From positions 1 through 62,597 of the forward strand of contig CAUWKC010000005.1 in assembly GCA_963559365.1 (NCBI GenBank): a DNA stretch of 62,597 bases, written 5' to 3'. Position numbers and translations under genes: made by a program. Positions 38,624 to 47,907 of the stretch are shown here, piece by piece (the stretch's first letter is position 1; every line of letters starts with the position of its first letter). This DNA is from an uncultured Clostridia bacterium. Its GTDB lineage: Bacteria > Bacillota > Clostridia > TANB77 > CAG-508. The notes beneath the pieces were generated by a model. It was not told the DNA's origin and did not search any database. It saw nothing but the letters and a program-made list of their open reading frames with translations.

Positions 38624-39367
38624 ATGGAACATAATAATTATATTTCTCCATTGATAGCAAATTATTTAAAAACTAAATTTGTCGATGAGAGAATTTTGCA
38701 AAATCCTAGAGCTAGAGAAATAGAAAATATTATGGTTGAACAAGCTAAAAAAGTAGGAACTGTATTTATGTATAAAGAACTTGATATATATGAACAAAAA
38801 ATAACAGAAATGCTGACATATTTAATGAATTCTGGTGATTTTTTGAAAGTTGATAAAGATGGAAGTGTCGTAATCAATTTTCCTGAAAAGATAAATGTAG
38901 AGAAAGATTGTCATGAAAAAGAAAAAATAACTTTCAAATATGCTAGTGAAAAAAGAATATTAAAAGAAAGAATAAAAAAAGAAAAACAAGGAAATAAAAT
39001 TAAAGAAGAGATACAACATTCAGAATATGATGAAAATGGAATAGAAATAAGCCAAGAAGAAAATTATATAATAGATAATATTTTAACACAAAGAATTCAA
39101 AGAATAAGAAGCCTAGAAAAACCACATATTATAAAAGAAAATAATGTACTGCTAGGAGAAACAAAATATTATGACCTACGAAATGAAGAGTATTTTGAAG
39201 AAATAGAAAAGGGAGAAGAAATACAAGAAGCAACAGAGATGACAAATGTAGAAAAAATACGATTAGCAGAACGAACTAGGTACTCCATTTATGGAGCGGG
39301 AATAGAGAAAATTTTAGGACTACAAGAAAAAATGTCCAACCAAGAAAAAGAAAATGATGAAAAATAG
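38624..39367 (+). CDS. Hypothetical Glu/Lys-rich protein between T-box and thrS
   Basis: GGAGGT RBS, 247 aa, no family recognised. Confidence 0.7.
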   Translation: MEHNNYISPLIANYLKTKFVDERILQNPRAREIENIMVEQAKKVGTVFMYKELDIYEQKITEMLTYLMNSGDFLKVDKDGSVVINFPEKINVEKDCHEKEKITFKYASEKRILKERIKKEKQGNKIKEEIQHSEYDENGIEISQEENYIIDNILTQRIQRIRSLEKPHIIKENNVLLGETKYYDLRNEEYFEEIEKGEEIQEATEMTNVEKIRLAERTRYSIYGAGIEKILGLQEKMSNQEKENDEK

Positions 39368-39381
39368 AAAGGAAGATAATT

Positions 39382-41307
39382 ATGATAAAAATAATATTAA
39401 AAGATGATTCTAAAATGGAAGTACAAGAAGGAATTACAATTTTAGAGGTAGCACAAAAAATTAGTGAGGGATTGGCTAGAATAGCAATGGCAGGAATAGT
39501 TGATGGAGAAGTAAAAGATTTAAGATATGTATTAAATAATGATTGCAAATTAGAAATTTTAACTTTTGATGAAGAAGCAGGGAAGAAAGCATATTGGCAT
39601 ACAACATCACATATTATGGCACAAGCAGTAAAAAGATTATTTCCAGATGCTAAAATTGCTATAGGACCAGCAATTGATGAAGGATTTTACTACGACTTTG
39701 ATGTAGAAAAACCATTTACAGATGAAGATAAAGCTAATATTGAAGAAGAAATGAAAAAAATCATAAAAGAAGATTTACCAATCGAAAGATTTGTTTTATC
39801 TAAAAAAGAAGCATTAGAATTAATGAAAGATGAACCATATAAAGTAGAGTTAATAGAGGAATTACCAGAAGGAGAAGAAATTAGCTTTTATCGTCAAGGA
39901 GATTTTACTGATTTATGTGCAGGACCACATATTGTAAGTACAGGAAAAATAAAAAGCATTAAAATACTATCTTCTTCAGGAGCTTATTGGAAAGGTAGCG
40001 AAAAAAATAAGATGCTACAAAGAATATATGGAATTTCTTTCCCAAAAGCAAGTTTATTACAAGAACATTTAGATTTGTTAGAAGAAGCAAGACAAAGAGA
40101 CCATAGAAAAATAGGAAAAGAACAAGAATTATTTATGACACATGAATTAGTAGGTTCAGGACTTCCTATGTACTTACCAAATGGTGCAACCATTAGAAGA
40201 ATTTTAGAAAGATATATTGCAGATAAAGAAACTGCTTTAGATTATAAACATGTATATACACCATCTTTAGCTAATGTAGATTTATATAAAACAAGTGGAC
40301 ATTGGGATCATTATAAAGATGATATGTTTCCTGTTATGAAAATGGAAAATGAAGAATTAGTATTAAGACCTATGAACTGTCCTCATCACATGTTAATTTA
40401 CAAAAATAAATTACATTCTTATCGTGATTTACCAATAAGAATTGGAGAATTAGCACATGATTTTCGTTATGAATCAAGTGGAAGTGTTTGTGGATTAGAA
40501 AGAGTTCGTGAAATGTGCCAAAATGATGCTCATATTTTTGTAACACCAGAGCAAATAAAAGAGGTATTTGAAGAAGTAGTTAAATTAATTTTATCTGTTT
40601 ATGAGGATTTTGGATTCAACAATTATACATTCCGTTTATCTTTAAGAGATAAAAATGATAAAGAAAAGTATTTTGATAATGACGAAATGTGGGATAATGC
40701 AGAAGCTCAATTAAGAGAAATTTTAACAGAATTAGGAATTGAATATTATGAAGCAGAAGGAGAAGCAGCTTTTTATGGACCAAAATTGGATGTTCAAATT
40801 AAAACTGCTATTGGTCATGATGTAACAATTTCTACTTGTCAATTAGATTTCTTATTACCACAAAGATTTGAATTAGAATATATTGGTGAAGATGGAAAAG
40901 CTCATAGACCAGTTGTTATACACAGAGCTATTTTAGGAACTTTTGATAGATTTTTATCTTTCTTAATTGAAGAATATAAAGGTGCTTTCCCATTATGGCT
41001 TGCTCCAACACAAGTTAAAATATTACCAATTACAGACAATCAACATGAATATGCACACAAATTAAAAGAAGAATTTATGAAAAAAGGAATTAGAGTAGAA
41101 GTAGATGACAGAAACGAAAAAACAGGATATAAAATTCGTGAAGCGCAACTTTCAAAAGTTCCATATATGTTAATAGTTGGAGCAAAAGAAGTAGAAGAAG
41201 AAACAGTATCAGTTCGTTCAAGAGAAGGCGGAGATGAAGGTTCTATTTCAAAGAAAGTATTTATTGATAGAGTAATAGAAGAAATCGAAAATAAGAAATT
41301 GTCATAA
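39382..41307 (+). CDS. thrS: Threonine--tRNA ligase
   Basis: TGS domain, WHTTSHIMAQAV, RDHRKIG, RPMNCPHH, AFYGPKLD. Confidence 0.97.
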   Translation: MIKIILKDDSKMEVQEGITILEVAQKISEGLARIAMAGIVDGEVKDLRYVLNNDCKLEILTFDEEAGKKAYWHTTSHIMAQAVKRLFPDAKIAIGPAIDEGFYYDFDVEKPFTDEDKANIEEEMKKIIKEDLPIERFVLSKKEALELMKDEPYKVELIEELPEGEEISFYRQGDFTDLCAGPHIVSTGKIKSIKILSSSGAYWKGSEKNKMLQRIYGISFPKASLLQEHLDLLEEARQRDHRKIGKEQELFMTHELVGSGLPMYLPNGATIRRILERYIADKETALDYKHVYTPSLANVDLYKTSGHWDHYKDDMFPVMKMENEELVLRPMNCPHHMLIYKNKLHSYRDLPIRIGELAHDFRYESSGSVCGLERVREMCQNDAHIFVTPEQIKEVFEEVVKLILSVYEDFGFNNYTFRLSLRDKNDKEKYFDNDEMWDNAEAQLREILTELGIEYYEAEGEAAFYGPKLDVQIKTAIGHDVTISTCQLDFLLPQRFELEYIGEDGKAHRPVVIHRAILGTFDRFLSFLIEEYKGAFPLWLAPTQVKILPITDNQHEYAHKLKEEFMKKGIRVEVDDRNEKTGYKIREAQLSKVPYMLIVGAKEVEEETVSVRSREGGDEGSISKKVFIDRVIEEIENKKLS

Positions 41308-41350
41308 AAATATGATAAAATTTTGAAAAATATGAAAGTAGGTAATATAG

Positions 41351-42442
41351 ATGAAACTTGGAATTGTTGGACTTCCTAATGTAGGTAAAAGTACATTATT
41401 TAATAGTATAACAAAAGCAGGTGCAGAATGTGCAAATTATCCATTCTGCACAATAGAGCCAAATGTTGGTGTTGTGCCAGTACCAGACGAAAGATTAGAT
41501 ACACTAACAAAAATGTATAATCCACAAAAAACAACACATGCAGTTATCGAATTCGTAGATATTGCAGGTTTAGTAAAAGGTGCAAGTAAAGGGGAGGGAC
41601 TTGGTAATAAATTCCTATCACATATACGTGAAACAGATGCTATAGTAGAAGTTGTAAGATGTTTTGAAGATGGTAATGTTGTTCATGTTGATGGTAGTGT
41701 AGACCCAATTCGTGATATTGAAACAATTAACTTAGAATTAGTATTTGCAGATTTAGAAATGGTAAATAAAAGAATTGATAAGGCAAAGAAAAATCTAAAA
41801 GCTAATAAAAAATATCAAATAGAAGTAGACTTATTTGAAAGAATAAAAGAAACTTTAGAACAAGGATTACCTGTTAGAACATTAGAATTTAATGAAGAAG
41901 AAGCAATACTTGTAAAAGAAACATTTTTGTTAACAACAAAGCCAATCTTGTATGTTGCTAACATTTCAGAAGGACAAATGGAAAATGCTGAAAATGATGC
42001 AATGGTAAAACGAGTAAAAGAATATGCTGAAAAAGAAAAAGCAGAGGTAATTCCATTATGTGTTAAAATAGAAGAAGAATTATCTGGATTAGAAAATGAT
42101 GATAAAAAAGAAATGCTAGAAGCTCTTGGATTAGACGAATCAGGATTAGATAAAGTAATTAAAAAAAGTTATGATTTATTAGGATTAATGTCATTTTTAA
42201 CTGCTGGTGAACCAGAAGTGAGGGCGTGGACAATAAAAAAAGGAACTAAAGCACCACAAGCAGCAGGTAAAATTCATTCTGATATTGAAAGAGGATTTAT
42301 TAAAGCAGAAGTAGTAAGTTATTCTGATTTAATAAATGCTGGTTCAATGGTAAATGCAAAAGAAAAAGGATTAGTACGTTCAGAAGGAAAAGAATACATA
42401 ATGAAAGATGGAGATATTGTACTGTTTAAATTTAATGTATAA
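41351..42442 (+). CDS. ychF: Redox-regulated ATPase YchF
   Basis: GIVGLPNVGKST, NYPFCTIEPN, DIAGLVKGASKGEGLGN. Confidence 0.97.
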   Translation: MKLGIVGLPNVGKSTLFNSITKAGAECANYPFCTIEPNVGVVPVPDERLDTLTKMYNPQKTTHAVIEFVDIAGLVKGASKGEGLGNKFLSHIRETDAIVEVVRCFEDGNVVHVDGSVDPIRDIETINLELVFADLEMVNKRIDKAKKNLKANKKYQIEVDLFERIKETLEQGLPVRTLEFNEEEAILVKETFLLTTKPILYVANISEGQMENAENDAMVKRVKEYAEKEKAEVIPLCVKIEEELSGLENDDKKEMLEALGLDESGLDKVIKKSYDLLGLMSFLTAGEPEVRAWTIKKGTKAPQAAGKIHSDIERGFIKAEVVSYSDLINAGSMVNAKEKGLVRSEGKEYIMKDGDIVLFKFNV

Positions 42443-42569
42443 TTAATTTGTAATATAAATGTAATAAAAAAAAGAAAAAAAGATATTGACTTATTTGATT
42501 TTTAAGAGTACAATAATAACTGTAAACGAAAGAAATTTATTAAATTTTTATATTTTTTGTAAGAATTAC

Positions 42570-42598
42570 TTGAATTATACACAAAAAAATGGTATAAT
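42570..42598 (+). promoter_or_regulatory. sigmaA promoter; a second lies at 42486-42514
   Basis: TTGAAT-17-TATAAT, and TTGACT-17-TACAAT upstream. Confidence 0.55.
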
Positions 42599-42655
42599 TA
42601 AAAGCGATTGTAATAATACTAATAAAAAATATATAAAAAAGTAAGGAGAATCGAT

Positions 42656-43027
42656 ATGAAGAAATCAAATTTAATTAAGTTATTTTCAATTTTAACCATA
42701 AGTGTAATGGTAGTAATGTTCACTACAAATGTAATGGCAGCAACAAATGATACTATTGATTTAACCAATACAATTGGTAATAATTCTAGTAATAATGCAA
42801 ACACTAATAATACTAACGTAAATACTAATAAAGCAAATACAAATGCAAATACAAACAAAAGTAATACAAACACAAACAATGCAAATAAAGCAAATAGCGT
42901 ATATAATAATACAAATTTACCAAAAACAGGAATTGAAGATTCTATACCAGTAGCAATGTTAGTTGTAGTATTTGGTGTATCAGCTGTATATGCTTACAAA
43001 AAAATTAAAGATTATAGAAATATTTAA
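42656..43027 (+). CDS. Small Asn-rich LPXTG cell-wall protein
   Basis: Signal peptide ending VMA, NTN repeats, LPKTG, TM helix, YKKIK tail. Confidence 0.85.
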   Translation: MKKSNLIKLFSILTISVMVVMFTTNVMAATNDTIDLTNTIGNNSSNNANTNNTNVNTNKANTNANTNKSNTNTNNANKANSVYNNTNLPKTGIEDSIPVAMLVVVFGVSAVYAYKKIKDYRNI

Positions 43028-43049
43028 TTATAAAATAAAAGCCTTTTTA

Positions 43050-43683
43050 TCAAAGGCTTTTTTGTTTTGCCTTTACAATAATACGAGTATTATTCAAATT
43101 GTTGCAAGTAACAAGAGTTAAAACCTTTTCATTTTTATCATAATTATAAACAGGGGAAAGGTCAGAAGGTTTTACTTCATAAATATCATAAACAATATAA
43201 GTATATTTTTTACCATTATTATCAGAAAGAAAAATTTCATCTTCAGTATCAAGAATAGATAATTTACTAAAAAATAATGAATTGTCATAATTATGTCCTG
43301 CAATGCAAATATTTCCATTTTGATTTGGTTGTTCACCATAAAATTTGCAAGGAGAGATTTTTAATAAGTCTTCTGTTAAATAAGAAAAAACTGGATAATA
43401 CAAATTGATTTTAGGTATTTCTATTATGCCGAAATAAGCTATTAGAATTATCTTTTTCACTTTTATTTTTTTGTGTTGATCCATATAATTGAAAAATTGT
43501 ATAATTACTTGCTAAATTTTCAGAAATATTTTCTTGTTTTTGCAATTTATAAAAATAAAAAATGATGGCAACTAGTAACAAAATAGTAACGACAATGGAA
43601 ATTGAAAATTGAAAATGAAACCAATTTTTCTTTTTTATATCTTTATCTCTTTTTAGTTTTGTATTTAAAATTTGATTTTTCAT
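43050..43683 (-). CDS. Sortase, 210 aa if the C at 43431 is skipped
   Basis: N-terminal TM anchor (43683 frame) joins SLF[c]GIIEIPKINL...AGHNY...TLVTC...RIIV. Confidence 0.8.
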
Positions 43684-43735
43684 AAATTTAGTTTATACAA
43701 AAAACAACAAAAAATACCTTCAATTAAAAGGTATT

Positions 43736-44590
43736 TTATTTCTTATTTTTCAATACTTGTGGTGTTATTTCATAACGAATTTGGAAACAAGGAAAATCAT
43801 AAGTATCTTTTTCATCTAAACAATTTAGATAAATATCAAGCTCATCTAAATTTCGACAAGCTGAAATTACAATAGGATTTAATTCATAACGAAACATCAT
43901 TTCTAATCCTAAATCTAATGATTTAGGAATCGAAGCTTTTTCTTTTTTTCTCATTAACTGAAAAGCTTCACGGAAACGGGAAAAGGTAGAATTTTTAAAT
44001 TTATTTAAAGGTATTATATAATTTTGGTTGACAACGTCTTGTAAAGTAGGGTAAGATGATTTTTCATTTTTATAAATATTTTTTATATCTTCATAAAAAA
44101 ATGGTAAATATGCAAATTGGTCTTTTTCTGAAATAATTAAGGTATTATTATCATAAGGATTTAATTCGATATCTATTTTAGAATAAGAAGCATTTTGTTT
44201 TAATATTTTTGTATTTTTTTGAAAAGGAGATTCACAAGTTGGTTTTATAATATTACTTAAAAAAACAGTATTTTCTTTTTCAAATTCTAAAATCTTTTTT
44301 GATAAATTGTCTCTTTGCTTATTATATTCAACCAGATTTGCTTTAATTTCATTTAAGTGGTCTTCGATATTTGTTTCATATAAAGAAATCATTGTTATTA
44401 AATCATTTTGTAATTTGAGTGATAGTTTTTGAATATCATTTATCTTTTGGGAAGAATTTGATAAAAGATTTGTTTTTTTACATTCGTATAAATCTATTAT
44501 TTGTGATAGTTCTTCTTTTTCAGATTTTAAATTTATAATAAAATCTGATTGTATAAAATCTTCTAATTGTTCAAAATGATAAAAAAGCAT
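43736..44590 (-). CDS. Hypothetical coiled-coil protein, 284 aa
   Basis: GGAGG RBS and a long ORF; no family recognised. Confidence 0.7.
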   Translation of the reverse strand: MLFYHFEQLEDFIQSDFIINLKSEKEELSQIIDLYECKKTNLLSNSSQKINDIQKLSLKLQNDLITMISLYETNIEDHLNEIKANLVEYNKQRDNLSKKILEFEKENTVFLSNIIKPTCESPFQKNTKILKQNASYSKIDIELNPYDNNTLIISEKDQFAYLPFFYEDIKNIYKNEKSSYPTLQDVVNQNYIIPLNKFKNSTFSRFREAFQLMRKKEKASIPKSLDLGLEMMFRYELNPIVISACRNLDELDIYLNCLDEKDTYDFPCFQIRYEITPQVLKNKK

Positions 44591-44656
44591 GATTTCCTCC
44601 TTAATCTTTTGTTTGTAATTCTATTTATATTATATCAGAAAAAATTAAAAAAAATA

Positions 44657-46039
44657 TTACATTTTTGTAACAAAATAAATTCCCATTAGCATGAAAAACA
44701 GGTAACAAAATGTCATTGTAAGTGACATTTTAAATCCAGTTGCTTTATGTAGTTGATAATAACTAATAGAAAAATTAAAGATTTCACTTATTATAATACA
44801 TAAAATATAACCAGTTAAACCTAAAATAGGTAATAAAAAATACAAAACACTAACCATAAGTAGTAAATCTAAGATATTGCAAATCATCACTTCAAATTGC
44901 TTATTTAAACCTTTTAACATACTATCTAATATACTATCAGGGTAAATGAATAAAATCAATGGAGAAAGTATTTTGATGTATTTAGAGCATTCTAAATTTT
45001 TAAATATCATAAGACTAATTTCATTTGAAAAGAAAAAGAAAATTAGTGAAATAGCAATTGAGAAAAGTGAAGTTGTTAAAAATACCTTTCTACAAATAGT
45101 TAGAATTCTTTTTTTATATTGTTTAACAAGTAGAGAAGTAAATTCAGGAATTAATAAATTACTAAAAGAAGTAATTAATACATTAGGAAATAGTAAAACT
45201 GCCATTGTCATTCCATTTATTTTGCCATATTCTGATAAAGCCATACTATATGAATAACCAAATAAAACTAATTGGCTTGGAATAATAAATTGTTTTAATG
45301 TAGATAAACCAGAACGTATATAAGAAGTAATTGAAACAGGAAAAGTTATTTGTAAAATTCTTTTTTTAAAAGTAATTGTACTAATATTGCGTTTTAAATA
45401 AAAAGTTTTATCTTTTTGGTATAAAATAGTAATTAAAAAGCATGAACATATTTCAGAAATAATATCAGCTAAAATTAAACAAATACAAACTGATTCTATA
45501 TCTTTAGAAAAATAAAAATGTAGTAAAAAAAAGCTAGTAAATATTTTTACTATTAATTCAAATGATTGCACAAGAGCATTTTTATAAGCTTTTCGAACAG
45601 CAGAAAAATAACCATTTATAACACTAGAAATAGAAATAAAAGGAAGTCCAATAGCAATAAGATAAAGGGGAAGGGGAGATATTAATCCTTTTAACCAGTT
45701 TTGGGAAATAATTGGAGAAAATAAAATTATTAAAAAACTACTGCTAATTCCTAGTAAAATGGAAAATAAAATACAAGTTTTAACAGCTTTAAAACCATCT
45801 AAAAAATTTTTAATGGCAAATTGCTCTGAAACTAAATATGTGCAAGCTAAGCTTAGCCCAGAAGTTGCTACTGTAATGGCAAAAAAATAAACAGACATGA
45901 CTAAACTAAAAATACCAACAGCTTCTGAACCAATTTGATTAGATACATATAGATTAAATAACATACTAATACTTTTCATAATAATAGCAGTTATTGTTAA
46001 AATAAAACCATTAATAAAAAATTTTTTTGTTTTACTCAT
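44657..46039 (-). CDS. SpoVB-like MOP/MATE flippase
   Basis: FFINGFILT...IGSEAVGIFSLVMSVY; about 12 TM helices. Confidence 0.8.
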   Translation of the reverse strand: MSKTKKFFINGFILTITAIIMKSISMLFNLYVSNQIGSEAVGIFSLVMSVYFFAITVATSGLSLACTYLVSEQFAIKNFLDGFKAVKTCILFSILLGISSSFLIILFSPIISQNWLKGLISPLPLYLIAIGLPFISISSVINGYFSAVRKAYKNALVQSFELIVKIFTSFFLLHFYFSKDIESVCICLILADIISEICSCFLITILYQKDKTFYLKRNISTITFKKRILQITFPVSITSYIRSGLSTLKQFIIPSQLVLFGYSYSMALSEYGKINGMTMAVLLFPNVLITSFSNLLIPEFTSLLVKQYKKRILTICRKVFLTTSLFSIAISLIFFFFSNEISLMIFKNLECSKYIKILSPLILFIYPDSILDSMLKGLNKQFEVMICNILDLLLMVSVLYFLLPILGLTGYILCIIISEIFNFSISYYQLHKATGFKMSLTMTFCYLFFMLMGIYFVTKM

Positions 46040-46115
46040 AATATCACCATAGAATAATGTATTAATGAAAAAGAATGAAAATTCATAAAAATAACTTTCA
46101 AAATTTACATAAATT

Positions 46116-46124
46116 CATATTATA
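46116..46124 (+). promoter_or_regulatory. sigmaK-type -10 element upstream of spoVFB
   Basis: CATATTATA matches CATAnnnTA; no clear -35 element. Confidence 0.35.
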
Positions 46125-46159
46125 TATAAAGACATAAAGAAAGGAGGAAAAACTGGAAT

Positions 46160-46740
46160 TTGGAAGTTAAAAATAAAAAAATAGGATTTGTGCTAACAGG
46201 GTCATTTTGTACTTTTAAAAAAACAATTAAAAAAATGAAGGAATTAGTAGAAAGAGGAGCTGAAATTATACCTGTTATGTCTTATCATACTTATGAATTA
46301 GATACTAAATTTGGAAAAGCAGAAGATATTATTAAAGAAATTGAAAATATAACTGGTAAAAAAATAATTCATACTATACCAGAGGCAGAACCAATTGGTC
46401 CTAAAAAATTAACTGATATTATGATTATTGCACCATGTTCACGGTAATACTATTTCAAAATTAGCGTGTGATATTATTGATACTCCTGCTACTATGGCTG
46501 CAAAATCGCATTTAAGAAATCGGATATCCTTTAATTATAGCACCATCAACTAATAATGGATTAAGTGGTAATGCAGAGAATTTAGGAAAATTATTAAATC
46601 GTAGAAATTATTATTTTGTTCCTTTTAGACAAGATAATCCAATTACAAAACCAAGATCTATTGTTTTTGATTCAGAATATTTAATTAAAACAATAGAATA
46701 TGCGTTAGAAGGAGAACAAATTAGTCCAATATTATTATAA
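46160..46740 (+). CDS. spoVFB: Dipicolinate synthase subunit B, 192 aa if the Cs at 46442 and 46521 are skipped
   Basis: IGFVLTGSFCT...EPIGPK...APCS[c]GNTISKLA...KSHLRN[c]GYPLIIAPSTNNGL...YFVPFRQDNPITKPRS...QISPILL*. Confidence 0.85.
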
Positions 46741-46778
46741 AATAATTATATCCCCAATTATATTGGGGATAATTATTT
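46741..46778. terminator. Bidirectional terminator
   Basis: AATAATTATATCCCCAAT / ATTGGGGATAATTATT stem between convergent genes. Confidence 0.75.
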
Positions 46779-47762
46779 TTATATATTGGCTAATGGATTA
46801 CTTTCTACAGCATTACGCACTTGATCATTGCTAACATGTGTATATATTTCAGTAGTAGAAATACTTTCATGGCCAAGTAATTCTTGTAATGCACGAATAT
46901 CAACTTGTCCATATTGATACATTAAAGTTGCAGCAGTATGTCTCAATTTATGGACAGAATATTTTTTGGTATCTAAACCTGCAGCACGTAATTGATTTGT
47001 TACAATGTTTTCAACTGTTCGATTACTGATACGTGTGCGACGTTCACTTAAAAAAAGAGCTTTTTCAGAGTGTTTGGCATCTTGTTTAATTCCTGTTTTA
47101 GGTCTTACTTCTAAATAATCTGCAATTGCTTTCATACAAGCTTTATTTAAATAAATGGTTCTTTCCTTATTACCTTTACCAATTACGTTTAATTTATATT
47201 CAGATAAATCAATATCTTGTATATTTATAGAAACTAATTCGGAAAGACGCATGCCACAATTTAAAAATAATGTAATAATAGCATAATCTCTTTCGGCATT
47301 GCGATTATCTTCATTAAAAGTAACATCTAATAATTTTTTACTATCCTCTAATGAAAGATATTTAGGTAACCTTTTATCTAATTTAGGTGTTTCTAAATCT
47401 TGGGCAGGATTAACATCAATTAATTTAGCTTTTCTACTTAAATATTTAAAAAATATTCTTATGGTAGAAATTTTTCTGGCTCTAGTGGTTGGTTTACTGT
47501 GAAATTCACGTGTTAAATAAGAAATAAAAGCATAAATATCTTCTATCTTGATTTTTTTTATTGTATCTATTGTCATATCATCAATTGTTATATTTTTTAA
47601 ATCTGTTTCTTTTGTCATATGAAAGTGTAGTTTAATAAAACGCAAAAACATCATTAAATCATAATTATATTCTTTTACACTGTTTGGTGATTTATTTAAA
47701 ATGGTAACAGAATAATCTAAAAAAGAATTGACAAATTCGGGATTTTCTTCTTGTCTTATCAT
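46779..47762 (-). CDS. XerC/XerD-type tyrosine recombinase
   Basis: GMRLSEL, GKGNKER, HKLRHTAAT, LGHESISTTEIY. Confidence 0.9.
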   Translation of the reverse strand: MIRQEENPEFVNSFLDYSVTILNKSPNSVKEYNYDLMMFLRFIKLHFHMTKETDLKNITIDDMTIDTIKKIKIEDIYAFISYLTREFHSKPTTRARKISTIRIFFKYLSRKAKLIDVNPAQDLETPKLDKRLPKYLSLEDSKKLLDVTFNEDNRNAERDYAIITLFLNCGMRLSELVSINIQDIDLSEYKLNVIGKGNKERTIYLNKACMKAIADYLEVRPKTGIKQDAKHSEKALFLSERRTRISNRTVENIVTNQLRAAGLDTKKYSVHKLRHTAATLMYQYGQVDIRALQELLGHESISTTEIYTHVSNDQVRNAVESNPLANI

Positions 47763-47907
47763 ATTTCACACTCCTTTTTTTATAATAATATAATAACACT
47801 TTTATGAAAATTTTGAAAGAAGTAATTTAAATTAATTTAGATATTTTTATTTTATGGTATTTATGTTATACTATAGATATATTTTTATAGAAAGAAAGTG
47901 ATTATAG

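Noticed and set aside
46779-47762. Tyrosine recombinase as the integrase of a mobile element
   Set aside because: It is flanked by core genes (spoVFB, PBP1A) with no att repeats or cargo, which fits a chromosomal Xer-type enzyme.
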